A DNA stretch of 36,430 nucleotides. Origin: Paramuribaculum sp. (GTDB lineage: Bacteria; Bacteroidota; Bacteroidia; Bacteroidales; Muribaculaceae). The translations under genes and the position numbers were made by a program. Where the stretch lies: positions 1 through 36,430 of the forward strand of contig JAIDXA010000250.1 in assembly GCA_029058705.1 (NCBI GenBank), given 5' to 3'. Shown here piece after piece: positions 18,715-28,526 of this stretch. The notes beneath the pieces were generated by a model. The model worked only from the letters and a program-made list of their open reading frames with translations. It did no database searches and had not been told where the DNA came from. The number at the start of each line of letters is the position of its first letter. Position 1 is the stretch's first letter.

Positions 18715-19527
18715 ATGAAGATCAGAACGCTTTTAGGATCAATTCTAATAATGTCGGCGCTTGCAGCTGCCGGACAACCGAAAGTGATAGCCCACCGTGG
18801 CTATTGGGATTGCGACGGATCGGCTCAGAACTCACTGCGTTCGCTTGCAAAAGCGGATTCAATAGGCTGCTACGCGTCGGAATTCGATGTCTGGATGACA
18901 CCGGACGGAGTTGTCATGGTCAATCACGACCCGACAATAAACGGCGTGGAGATCCAGAACACACCGTCGCAGACAGTCCTGCTCGAGAAGCTTTCGAACG
19001 GAGAAACAATTCCGACCCTCGACCAGTATCTGGAGGCCGCGACAAAGATGCCCGGCATGCGGCTTGTGTGCGAGCTCAAGACCCACGACAGCCGCCAGCG
19101 GGAATCGGCCGCGATCAAAAAGATACTTGAAACAGTCAGGAAATACGGGCTTGAGAGCCGCACGGACTACATCACCTTTTCGCGCGACGGTTTTCACGAG
19201 TTCATAAAGAAAGCTCCGAAAGGGACTGCCGTCTATTACCTGTCGGGCGATTTCGTTCCCGAACAGATCAAACATCACAAAGGCCGCGGAATAGACTATT
19301 CGATCAAGACGATGCGCAAACATCCGGAATGGATCAAACAGTGCCACGACCTCGGCCTTGAGGTCAATGTCTGGACCGTCAACAAACCTGAAGACATGGT
19401 CTGGTGCATTGAACAGGGCGTCGACTACATAACGACCAACGATCCGGAAGGTCTGCAGAAAATAATCTCGGAACTGCCGGAGACAAAAGCCACGGAGAAA
19501 AAGGCAAAAAAGCAAAAAAAGCAATAG
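18715..19527 (+). CDS. Glycerophosphodiester phosphodiesterase (GDPD/GlpQ-like)
   Basis: IAHRG, QNS, SEFDV, HD, ELK, WTVN, ITTNDP; signal peptide. Confidence 0.92.
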   Translation: MKIRTLLGSILIMSALAAAGQPKVIAHRGYWDCDGSAQNSLRSLAKADSIGCYASEFDVWMTPDGVVMVNHDPTINGVEIQNTPSQTVLLEKLSNGETIPTLDQYLEAATKMPGMRLVCELKTHDSRQRESAAIKKILETVRKYGLESRTDYITFSRDGFHEFIKKAPKGTAVYYLSGDFVPEQIKHHKGRGIDYSIKTMRKHPEWIKQCHDLGLEVNVWTVNKPEDMVWCIEQGVDYITTNDPEGLQKIISELPETKATEKKAKKQKKQ

Positions 19528-19605
19528 CAGGGAGTGATCCCTTATGATTTTTCAATAGTTACACATACCTCAGGAATCAGTTATTAGGTTTGACACACTA
19601 TCAAG

Positions 19606-19638
19606 GGCAGGAGGCAGCCGCGGAGGCTCCCTCCTGCC
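19606..19638. terminator. GC-rich hairpin after GDPD
   Basis: ggcaggagg...cctcctgcc with an inner agcc/ggct stem; no clear U tract. Confidence 0.45.
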
Positions 19639-19707
19639 TGCCGCATGGACTAAACCCAACGGAACTTTGAAATGTTTCTTCTTCGAATACATTTATAAAC
19701 CACAGCC

Positions 19708-20544
19708 ATGAACGACATTGATCTGATCTCAATCCTGACCCACGCCGAGACAGGTTCCCGCACGGTCAGAAAACCTCCATTGACGGAAGCGCCGGTTTTC
19801 GCATCAGCGCTTCTGACAACCATTCCCGCCACATTCGGCACAGGAAACTCAGGCCGCCTCGGAGTCAACATAATAGCCAACCGCCTTTTAGCGGCCGGAG
19901 CCCAACCACGCTACATTTCGGCGACCGTCACAATTGACCTCGACACACCTCAGGAAATCATCAATGAGGTTGCAATGGGAATGCGCGACGGAGCGATACA
20001 GGCCGAGATGGAATGGGCCACAGCCGAAACCGCGATTCTTCCGACAGGGCCTGCCAACGGGATATCGCTGTCGTTTTTTGGTGTCGGATGCCGGATGGTC
20101 AATGTCACATCCCCGTTAGATTGCGCAAGGCCAGGCGACGTTCTGATTGTGACCGGCAACATAGGCGCGACCGGCGCTGCGGTCGCAGGCATGCGCCAGG
20201 GCATCGAGGTGTTGACTGAAAGCGACGGGACGGCACTGACCGATGTGATGAGGAGCGTCTATGTGCATCAGCCGGACATTCCGGCTGTCTGCTTTCCGAT
20301 CCACGGCATAAACGCAGCCCTTGAATCGCTCGGAGTCAAGGCCGAGATCGACCGGAAGAGGATTCCATGTTGCGATGCGGTCAGGAGCGCCTGCGACATA
20401 ATGGGGCTCGATCCACTTGAGATGGCCACTTCCGACGCGATGCTTCTTGCCGTCAGCGAGCCTGACGCCGGCACGCTTCTTGAATCCGTCAGACGTTATC
20501 GTGGCGGGGAGTCCGCTTCCATAATCGGCCATATCACAGACTGA
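19708..20544 (+). CDS. Degenerate HypE/AIR-synthase-like (PurM superfamily) protein
   Basis: GRLGVNIIANRLLAAGAQP, RPGDVLIVTGNIG, ACDIMGLDPLEMA, ASIIGHI follow the HypE pattern; no C-terminal PRIC. Confidence 0.7.
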   Translation: MNDIDLISILTHAETGSRTVRKPPLTEAPVFASALLTTIPATFGTGNSGRLGVNIIANRLLAAGAQPRYISATVTIDLDTPQEIINEVAMGMRDGAIQAEMEWATAETAILPTGPANGISLSFFGVGCRMVNVTSPLDCARPGDVLIVTGNIGATGAAVAGMRQGIEVLTESDGTALTDVMRSVYVHQPDIPAVCFPIHGINAALESLGVKAEIDRKRIPCCDAVRSACDIMGLDPLEMATSDAMLLAVSEPDAGTLLESVRRYRGGESASIIGHITD

Positions 20545-20579
20545 GAGCCGTTTGATTTGCAACTATGACATACAGTCGT

Positions 20580-20587
20580 TAACTTTG
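20580..20587 (+). promoter_or_regulatory. -7 promoter element (TAACTTTG) for hflX
   Basis: TAACTTTGCA with TTTG at 20556-20559. Confidence 0.65.
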
Positions 20588-20654
20588 CAAAAAAATGACG
20601 ACACCGGACAATTGAATTGCCGGCTGACGCAACAACTTCAGAAAAAAGCTTCAA

Positions 20655-21893
20655 ATGAAAGACCTCATAATCGACAAGGAAACATCTGAACGCGCCGTTC
20701 TGGTCGGACTTATCACTCCCCAGCAGAACGAAGAGCGCGCAAACGAATATCTCGATGAACTCGCTTTTCTCGCCGACACGGCGGGTGCTGTGACCGAAAA
20801 GCGGTTTCTTCAGCGAATGAACCAGCGCGACTCCCGCACCTTCGTCGGGAAAGGGAAACTCGAAGAGATCCGCCAGTATGTCGAGGACAATGAAATCGGG
20901 ATGGTCATTTTCGATGATGACCTTACATCGAAGCAGGTTGCCAATATAGAGCGCGAACTGAAAGTGAAGATTCTCGACCGCACGAGCCTGATCCTCGACA
21001 TTTTCGCCAAACGCGCCCAGACAGCCAACGCGAAAACCCAGGTGGAGCTTGCACAATATCAGTATCTTCTGCCACGCCTGACCCGCATGTGGACACACCT
21101 CGAACGCCAGCGCGGAGGTATCGGCATGCGCGGACCGGGAGAGACCCAGATCGAAACCGACCGCCGAATCATCCTCGACAAGATATCCCGCCTGAAAGCC
21201 GAGCTGCGCGACATTGACAAACAGAAAGCCGTTCAGCGCAAAAACCGAGGCAAGCTCACCCGAGTGGCTCTCGTGGGCTATACGAACGTAGGCAAATCGA
21301 CGCTAATGAATCTTCTGAGCAAGAGCGACGTGTTTGCCGAAAACAAGCTTTTCGCGACGCTCGACACGACCGTGCGCAAAGTGGTCATCGACAATCTTCC
21401 GTTTCTTCTGACAGACACAGTTGGGTTCATCCGCAAGCTGCCGACCCACCTTGTCGAATCGTTCAAGTCGACACTCGACGAAGTGAGAGAGTCGGACATA
21501 CTTGTGCATGTCGTTGACATTTCCCATCCGAATTTCGAAGAACAGATCGAGGTCGTCAACCGCACCCTGACAGAAGTATGCGAGGGCGCCGACAAGCCTA
21601 TGATCATGGTGTTCAACAAGATAGACGCGTTCACCTACAAACCGAAAGATGCCGACGACCTGACGCCCGCAACACGCGAGAACATCCCGCTCGAAGAGCT
21701 TGAACACACATGGATGAGCCGCATGGGCGACAACGCGGTGTTCATCTCTGCAAAAAAAGGAATCGGAATCGAAAAGCTCAAGCATCTTCTCTATGACAAA
21801 GCCAAGGAAATACATCTGACACGTTTCCCCTACAACGATTTCCTTTTCCAGACCTACGACGACCTCGACACGACATCAACCGACGAAGAATAA
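20655..21893 (+). CDS. hflX: GTPase HflX
   Basis: GPGETQIETDRR, GYTNVGKS, FATLDTT, DTVGF, NKID. Confidence 0.97.
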   Translation: MKDLIIDKETSERAVLVGLITPQQNEERANEYLDELAFLADTAGAVTEKRFLQRMNQRDSRTFVGKGKLEEIRQYVEDNEIGMVIFDDDLTSKQVANIERELKVKILDRTSLILDIFAKRAQTANAKTQVELAQYQYLLPRLTRMWTHLERQRGGIGMRGPGETQIETDRRIILDKISRLKAELRDIDKQKAVQRKNRGKLTRVALVGYTNVGKSTLMNLLSKSDVFAENKLFATLDTTVRKVVIDNLPFLLTDTVGFIRKLPTHLVESFKSTLDEVRESDILVHVVDISHPNFEEQIEVVNRTLTEVCEGADKPMIMVFNKIDAFTYKPKDADDLTPATRENIPLEELEHTWMSRMGDNAVFISAKKGIGIEKLKHLLYDKAKEIHLTRFPYNDFLFQTYDDLDTTSTDEE

Positions 21894-21912
21894 TTTCACC
21901 TGCCAATCTCCA

Positions 21913-22863
21913 ATGAAACAGATCCTGACATTCCTGGCCGCCATATTACTGGCAGCGTGCGCCAGCAACGGAACGGCACGAGGCGCCGACCTCCCTGCCG
22001 CCGGCTCCTCCGACAGCCTTGACGAAGCATTGGCCGACAGCCATGAGCTGCCGCTTCCCAGGATTCCTGACTCAATCCGCGAACCGCAGGCGAGAGCGAC
22101 TTTTCTGCTCAACCATTTTTGGGATGAGGCCACACTGACAGACACTGCCGTGACACGCAACGAACATTTCATGGAACGCAACTTCGTCAATTTCGTCAAC
22201 CTCTATCCCCACGCGAACGCCGATTCCCTGCCGGAAATCACCTACAGGCTGCTCGCCCAGGTTACTCCGGATGTCCGTTCCCGTGTGATTCTCTATGATC
22301 TGATCGACAAATATCTATCCGATCCGGAATCACCGGTCAAATCCGACGACTCATACATCATTTTCCTACAGCAATGGCTGAAACTCCCGAACCTGAACAA
22401 ATATGAGAAAGAGGAACCGCGCTACCGGCTGACTTCGGCCATGAAAAACCGTCCGGGAACAACTGCAACCGATTTCAACTATCTCACACGGGAAGGCTCA
22501 CAAGGCTCGCTGTCGTCGACCGAGGCGTCCAATCTGCTCCTGCTCTTCTACGATCCGGATTGCGACCACTGCAACGAAACAATCGCCGCACTGCGCAACG
22601 AGCCGACCGTCAACAACGCCATCGAGGCCGGCAATCTGAAAGTGCTCGCCGTCTATGCCGAAGGCGACGAGCGCCTCTGGCACTCCACCAACGGAACAAT
22701 GCCCGAGAACTGGACCGTGGCGCTTGACCGCAGCGATATCGCCGACAAGGGTCTCTATATCATCACCGAAATGCCGGGGATCTATCTGCTTGACAAGGAC
22801 AAGAAGGTAATCATGCGGGATCCGGGGCTTAAGAAGCTTGCCGAAGCCCTGAGCGACCTCTGA
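21913..22863 (+). CDS. Lipoprotein with DUF5106-like N-terminal domain and thioredoxin-like C-terminal domain
   Basis: Lipobox LLAAC; HFWD; FYDPDCDHC; YLLDKDKKVI. Confidence 0.75.
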   Translation: MKQILTFLAAILLAACASNGTARGADLPAAGSSDSLDEALADSHELPLPRIPDSIREPQARATFLLNHFWDEATLTDTAVTRNEHFMERNFVNFVNLYPHANADSLPEITYRLLAQVTPDVRSRVILYDLIDKYLSDPESPVKSDDSYIIFLQQWLKLPNLNKYEKEEPRYRLTSAMKNRPGTTATDFNYLTREGSQGSLSSTEASNLLLLFYDPDCDHCNETIAALRNEPTVNNAIEAGNLKVLAVYAEGDERLWHSTNGTMPENWTVALDRSDIADKGLYIITEMPGIYLLDKDKKVIMRDPGLKKLAEALSDL

Positions 22864-22941
22864 TTCCGACATTGAGCGGCAACTGATGTTCCCCCAAGGA
22901 TTTTTCCTGCAGGAAACGGCTGATATTAGAGGAAAAAGCTT

Positions 22942-22949
22942 TAATTTTG
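22942..22949 (+). promoter_or_regulatory. -7 promoter element (TAATTTTG) for the sialic-acid operon
   Basis: TAATTTTGC just upstream of the MITE and the MFS gene. Confidence 0.55.
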
Positions 22950-22975
22950 CCGTGTCAACCGTATGTGTCGACTCA

Positions 22976-23170
22976 GAGAATGTTTGAATTTAAACCGCGT
23001 TAACAATAAAACGAATGAAAGGTATAACCTTCAAAATAATCCTGAGGTCTTTTTTGGCGAATTCCGCCAAGTCTCATCGGTCACATAGCCCGCTATGCTC
23101 CCTCTTCAACTCGCGGAATCCGCTCAAAAAATCCGCTCAGTCTTAATTTGATTTAAATCCAAACACTCTC
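22976..23170. mobile_element. 195-bp MITE-like element, copy 1
   Basis: Terminal inverted repeats gagaatgtttgaatttaaa / tttaaatccaaacactctc, flanked by TCA/TAA; ~91% identical to 36145-36339. Confidence 0.8.
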
Positions 23171-23201
23171 TAAATATCCAATCTATTACCACGTTTAAAT
23201 C

Positions 23202-24506
23202 ATGACATTAAAGAATTCACACAGTTCGATCTATCCATGGATTGTCGTAGGGCTGCTCTGGGTAGTGGCACTACTCAACTACATGGACCGCCAGATGCTC
23301 TCGACAATGCAGAGCAACATCGCCCTCGACATCCCCGCGCTCCAAAACGCCGAAGCGTTCGGCGCCCTGATGGCCATCTTCCTATGGATCTACGGATTCG
23401 CCAGCCCATTTTCGGGTGCTGTCGCTGACCGAGTCAGCCGGAAATGGCTGATTGTCGGATCGCTGGGCGTATGGTCGGCTGTCACTCTGGCAATGGGCTT
23501 CTGCCATAGTTTCCAACAACTTATGTGGCTACGCGGCATAATGGGCATCTCCGAGGCGCTCTACATTCCTTCGGCGCTCTCGCTCATCGCCGACTACTTC
23601 ACCGGCAAAGGGCGTTCACTCGCCATCGGCCTCCATATGACCGGACTCTACTGCGGACAGGCATTAGGCGGTTTCGGATCACTTGTGGCCTCGACATGGT
23701 CGTGGCAGTCAACATTCCAGTGGTTCGGAATAATAGGAGTCGCCTATGCATTCATTCTGATTTTTCTTCTCCATGAAAAGCCAGGCCACGGGAATCTGCC
23801 TGACAAGAAAACGGCTTCAGACGCCGCTTCGCGCAACAGCGAGTCAATTGTCCGTTCATTTGCAGTCGTCTTCACCAACGTCGCATTCTGGGTCATTCTT
23901 TTCTTCTTCGCATCAAGCTCGATTCCGGGATGGGCAACAAAAAACTGGCTTCCGACCCTGTTTGTCGACAATCTTGGCCTGTCAATGGAACTGGCCGGCC
24001 CGATGGCCACACTGACAATCGCCGTGTCGAGCTTCATCGGAGTGATGATCGGCGGCCCGATAAGCGACAATTGGGTGCGGCGCAACGTACGCGGACGCAT
24101 CTACACAAGCTCCATCGGCCTCGCAATGATGATTCCGGCACTTGTCTTTATCGGTCTTGCCCACAACGCATGGCTTTCGATACTCGCCGGTCTGTTTTTC
24201 GGAGTCGGCTACGGAATGTTCGATGCCAACAACATGCCCATACTGTGCCAGTTTGTCTCTTCACGCCAGCGGGCAATGGCCTACGGATTCATGAACTCAC
24301 TGGGAGTCATAATGGGAGCCATCACCACCCAGCTTCTGGGAGGTCTGTCGGAATCTGTCGGACTCGGGCTCTGTTTCGCCCTTATGGGTGGAATCCTTCT
24401 AATCGCGCTGTCGCTGCAGCTGATCGTCCTCAAACCAAAATATGACGACAAGGACCTCGAATTGTCCGAGGCCTCCCTGTCGGAATCCGAACAAAACCAA
24501 ATGTAA
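23202..24506 (+). CDS. MFS transporter, probable sialic-acid permease
   Basis: LNYMDRQ, GAVADRVSRK; 12-TM MFS pattern; directly upstream of the Neu5Ac lyase. Confidence 0.8.
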   Translation: MTLKNSHSSIYPWIVVGLLWVVALLNYMDRQMLSTMQSNIALDIPALQNAEAFGALMAIFLWIYGFASPFSGAVADRVSRKWLIVGSLGVWSAVTLAMGFCHSFQQLMWLRGIMGISEALYIPSALSLIADYFTGKGRSLAIGLHMTGLYCGQALGGFGSLVASTWSWQSTFQWFGIIGVAYAFILIFLLHEKPGHGNLPDKKTASDAASRNSESIVRSFAVVFTNVAFWVILFFFASSSIPGWATKNWLPTLFVDNLGLSMELAGPMATLTIAVSSFIGVMIGGPISDNWVRRNVRGRIYTSSIGLAMMIPALVFIGLAHNAWLSILAGLFFGVGYGMFDANNMPILCQFVSSRQRAMAYGFMNSLGVIMGAITTQLLGGLSESVGLGLCFALMGGILLIALSLQLIVLKPKYDDKDLELSEASLSESEQNQM

Positions 24507-24535
24507 TTCAAATCCACATAAACAAACCAACCAAA

Positions 24536-25453
24536 ATGGAAAAGATCAAAGGTCTTATCGACGCACCTTTCACTCCGTTTCTGGAAAACGGAGATATAAA
24601 TACCGAACCGATTCCCGCTTACTGCAACATGCTTGTGGCCAACGGCATGCAGGGAGTGTTCATAAACGGATCATCGGGCGAAGGCTACATGCTGACAACC
24701 GACGAGCGCAAAACCATTGCCGAGGCATGGGTAAAAGCCGCGCCCGAGGGCTTCAAAGTCATTGTGCATGTCGGCAGCTGCTGCACCCGCGACAGTCGTG
24801 AACTCGCGCGCCACGCCGAAGAGATCGGCGCATGGGGCATCGGCGCCATGGCACCTCCGTTTCCGAAAATCAACCGTGTCGAAGAACTCGTGAAATATAT
24901 CGAGCAGATCGCTTCCGGCGCACCCTCGCTCCCCTTCTACTACTATCACATACCCGCATTCAACGGCGCCTACCTCCCTATGGTCAAGCTGCTTGAAGAG
25001 GTCGACGGCCGCGTGCCCAACTTTGCCGGCATCAAATATACGTTCGAAAGTCTCTATGAATACAACCAGTGCCGCCTTTATAAAAACGGCAAATACGACA
25101 TGCTCCACGGTCAGGACGAAACGATTCTTCCCTCGCTGGCTATGGGTGGCGCTCAGGGTGGCATCGGCGGAACCACAAACTATAACGGCCGCGAACTGAA
25201 CGCCATTATCGACTGCTGGAATGCCGGCGACCTTGAAGGAGCCCGCGAACACCAGAATTTCGCTCAGGAAGTGATCAACGTGATCTGCCACTATCGCGGC
25301 AACATCGTTGCCGGCAAACGGATCATGAAACTTATCGGTCTGGATCTCGGGCCTAACCGGGTGCCATTCCAGAACATGACGCAGGAGGAAGAAGACGCTA
25401 TGCGTGCGGAACTCGACGCCATCGACTTCTTCTGCCGCTGCAACAAAGTCTGA
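24536..25453 (+). CDS. nanL: N-acetylneuraminate lyase (Bacteroides NanL type, DHDPS family)
   Basis: GLIDAPFTPF, NGSSGEG, YYYHIP, GIKYT, GQDE, GGIGGTTNY. Confidence 0.88.
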   Translation: MEKIKGLIDAPFTPFLENGDINTEPIPAYCNMLVANGMQGVFINGSSGEGYMLTTDERKTIAEAWVKAAPEGFKVIVHVGSCCTRDSRELARHAEEIGAWGIGAMAPPFPKINRVEELVKYIEQIASGAPSLPFYYYHIPAFNGAYLPMVKLLEEVDGRVPNFAGIKYTFESLYEYNQCRLYKNGKYDMLHGQDETILPSLAMGGAQGGIGGTTNYNGRELNAIIDCWNAGDLEGAREHQNFAQEVINVICHYRGNIVAGKRIMKLIGLDLGPNRVPFQNMTQEEEDAMRAELDAIDFFCRCNKV

Positions 25454-25457
25454 TTCC

Positions 25458-28400
25458 ATGGGACTGCGGTGGATCTCCCTCCTGACAACGGCGCTGATTC
25501 TTTGCGGAGGAGGCCTGTCAGCCAAGACCAAGGTTGCCTGCATCGGCAACAGCATCACCTACGGCTACGGGCTTCCTGCCGACGAACGCGCCTCCAGCTC
25601 CTATCCCGGCCGACTGCAACAGATTCTTGGAGAAGATTATGTGATCGGCAACTTCGGGCATAACGGAGCCACACTTCTCAGCAATGGCCACAATCCGTAC
25701 GTACGGCTGCCGGAATATCGCGAAGCTCTTGAAATGAAGCCTGACATTGCGGTTATACACCTCGGAGTCAACGACACGGATCCCCGCAACTGGCCTAATT
25801 ATTCCGACTTTTTCATTCCCGACTATTCCGCCCTGATCGATTCACTCCGGGAAGCCAATCCGCAAGTAAGAATCATCATTGCCAGACTCACCCCGATCAG
25901 TGCGAAGCATTTCCGGTTCCGCACCGGCACGCGCGACTGGCGGCTGCTCGAGCAGGACGCGATTGAAAAGGTCAGCAGACTCAAAGGCGTCGAGCTGATC
26001 GATTTCGATGTTCCGCTGCGCGACAGGCAGAATCTCATGCCTGACGGAATCCACCCCGATGCTGTCGGCTACGGGATTCTGGCAGAAACCGTCGGCAAAG
26101 CCATCACAGGCAATTACGGCGGTTTGAGGCTTCCGGGCTATTACCAGAGCGGGATGATCCTGCAACGGCATCGGCCGCTGACAATCTCGGGCTCGGCAAA
26201 TGCCGGCAGCGATGTGACTGTGACGCTTGACGGAATCCCATATCGCTCGACAGCCGACAATCTCGGCCGATGGCATGTTGTCACCGCTCCTCTGGCCGAC
26301 GGGGTCTACACGATGACAGTCGCAGACAGAGACTCGGTCATAGCCCTGACCGACATTCTCGCAGGCGAGGTATGGGTCGCATCCGGACAGAGCAATATGG
26401 AATTCAATCTGTCTGAAGCTACGGGCAGCGAAAGAGACATTGCCGCAAGCGGCGATCCGCTGCTGCGTTTCTACGACATGCGCCCTGTCGCGCGGACCAA
26501 TGCGGGACGCTGGAACGACAACGAAATAACAGCCACCGACACTCTGGGACATTTTCTGCCAGGCCGCTGGACGCCTGTCGGCCCGGACAATGCCGGACGC
26601 CTGTCGGCTGTGGCATATTATTTCGGACGCCGTCTGCGCGATTCCCTAAATGTTCCCGTCGGAATTATCAGCAACGGAGTCGGCGGCTCTCCCTGCGAGT
26701 CATGGATCGACGTCAACACGCTTGAAAGCGCCGTTCCTGAGATTCTTGTCAACTGGAAGGGCAACGATTATGTCCAGAAATGGTGTCAGCAGCGCGCGGA
26801 AGAGAACGCTCCCGGCAACCACCGCCATCCCTATGAACCCAGCTACCTTTTTTCGGCGGGCATCCGCCCTCTGCAACAACCCGACATTGCAGGTGTCATA
26901 TGGTATCAGGGTGAATCCAACGCCCATAACACCGAACTCCACGAGCAACTCTTTCCACTTCTTGTCGAAAGCTGGCGAAAAGAGTTCCGCCGGCCGGATC
27001 TTCCGTTCTGCATTGTCCAGCTGAGCAGCATTGACCGTCCGTCATGGCCTCTGTTCCGCGACTCTCAACGCAGGCTGTCCGACCGTCTCGACAGAGTGTA
27101 CATGGCCGTCAGCTCGGACCATGGCGATTCGCTCGATGTCCATCCGCGCAACAAGCGCCCTATCGGGCATCGCCTTGCCCGCCAGGCACTCCGTAACGTC
27201 TACGGCTTCAACCGTCTCATTGCCGACGGACCGCAACCGGTCGCGGCAACCGGCAACCGCGACGGATCGGTGACCATCACATTCAAAAATGCCGACGGCC
27301 TGACCACCTCCGACGGCAAATCGGCCGGACCATTCGAGCTGGCCGATGAAGGAGGACTGTTTGTCAATGCAGCAACAGAGATTCTCGCCGACGGCAAAAT
27401 CAGACTATCAACGGGAAAAGCAGGCTACAGACCTGTCAGCGTCCGCTACGGTTGGCAACCGTTTACTCGGGCAAACCTGATCAACTCCGACAGCCTTCCC
27501 GCTTCCACTTTTAAAATTCCAATCTCCAACATGAACGAACTCTACAACCCTGAAGAAGGTTTCGACAGAGGAGTCTCGGCCTGTTTTGCCGGTCTTCTGC
27601 CCGACGGCAACGCTCTGCTTGCCGGAGGATGTAATTTCCCATGCGACGAACCGCTGTCGCCGCAGGCTCAGAAAAAATTCTACAAAGGAATCTATCTCTT
27701 CGACGGCTCGGAGTGGAAACGCGCAGGATCGCTTCCCGAAGCAATTGCATATGGCGCGTCGGCCACAGTAGCAGACGGGATAGTCCTGGCTGGCGGCACA
27801 ACCGCCGGGGGAGCCACTGCCAAAACAATCCTTATCAAGCAGGATCTGACAACAGAGCAACTGCCTGAACTTCCGGCAACTCTCGACAATATGGCAGGCG
27901 CGGCGATCGGCAACACCGTTTATGTTGCGGGGGGAAACCGGAACGGAGTGCCATGCAACGATCTCTATGCGCTCGACATCGACCAGCCACACAAAGGATG
28001 GAAAAAACTGAGCCGTATGCCGGGAAATCCGAGAGTCCAGCCCGCTATGGCATCATCGGGAGGAAAACTCTATCTCTGGGGAGGCTTTGCGGGACGACAC
28101 GGACGAAATGAGCCGTCGCTTGAAGTGGACGGACTCGTCTATGATCCGAAAAAAGACAAATGGAGCCGGATCGAAGGCCCACGGGACGCAGAAGGGTCGC
28201 CGGTCAGCACCGGCGGCGGCTGCGCGACGACTCTGCCCGACGGACGGATAGCTATTGCCGGCGGCGTGAACAAGGATGTCTTCCTTTCCGCCCTGATCGA
28301 CCAGGCATCCGACTACCTCAACCACCCGATCGGATGGTATGGTTTCAACCCGACAGTCTATGTCTTCAATCCGGCCGACGGCTCTTTCAGTCCGGCCGGG

Positions 28401-28526
28401 ACCGACCCGCTGTTCGCACGTGCCGGCGCAGCGGCGGTCGCAACGCCCGAGGGCAACGTTCTACTTATCGGCGGCGAGCTTAAACCACGCATCAGAACCA
28501 ACACAACCTCAACAATAAGACCATGA
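25458..28526 (+). CDS. Fusion protein: SGNH/GDSL esterase + sialate O-acetylesterase + Kelch-type cyclically permuted mutarotase
   Basis: Signal peptide; CIGNSIT...GVND...DGIHP; GEVWVASGQSNM, WYQGESN, DVHP; then GVSACFAG...GGCNFP...GGELKPRIRT. Confidence 0.88.
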   Translation: MGLRWISLLTTALILCGGGLSAKTKVACIGNSITYGYGLPADERASSSYPGRLQQILGEDYVIGNFGHNGATLLSNGHNPYVRLPEYREALEMKPDIAVIHLGVNDTDPRNWPNYSDFFIPDYSALIDSLREANPQVRIIIARLTPISAKHFRFRTGTRDWRLLEQDAIEKVSRLKGVELIDFDVPLRDRQNLMPDGIHPDAVGYGILAETVGKAITGNYGGLRLPGYYQSGMILQRHRPLTISGSANAGSDVTVTLDGIPYRSTADNLGRWHVVTAPLADGVYTMTVADRDSVIALTDILAGEVWVASGQSNMEFNLSEATGSERDIAASGDPLLRFYDMRPVARTNAGRWNDNEITATDTLGHFLPGRWTPVGPDNAGRLSAVAYYFGRRLRDSLNVPVGIISNGVGGSPCESWIDVNTLESAVPEILVNWKGNDYVQKWCQQRAEENAPGNHRHPYEPSYLFSAGIRPLQQPDIAGVIWYQGESNAHNTELHEQLFPLLVESWRKEFRRPDLPFCIVQLSSIDRPSWPLFRDSQRRLSDRLDRVYMAVSSDHGDSLDVHPRNKRPIGHRLARQALRNVYGFNRLIADGPQPVAATGNRDGSVTITFKNADGLTTSDGKSAGPFELADEGGLFVNAATEILADGKIRLSTGKAGYRPVSVRYGWQPFTRANLINSDSLPASTFKIPISNMNELYNPEEGFDRGVSACFAGLLPDGNALLAGGCNFPCDEPLSPQAQKKFYKGIYLFDGSEWKRAGSLPEAIAYGASATVADGIVLAGGTTAGGATAKTILIKQDLTTEQLPELPATLDNMAGAAIGNTVYVAGGNRNGVPCNDLYALDIDQPHKGWKKLSRMPGNPRVQPAMASSGGKLYLWGGFAGRHGRNEPSLEVDGLVYDPKKDKWSRIEGPRDAEGSPVSTGGGCATTLPDGRIAIAGGVNKDVFLSALIDQASDYLNHPIGWYGFNPTVYVFNPADGSFSPAGTDPLFARAGAAAVATPEGNVLLIGGELKPRIRTNTTSTIRP

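Noticed and set aside
24671-25558. 295-aa minus-strand ORF
   Set aside because: Antisense shadow of nanL
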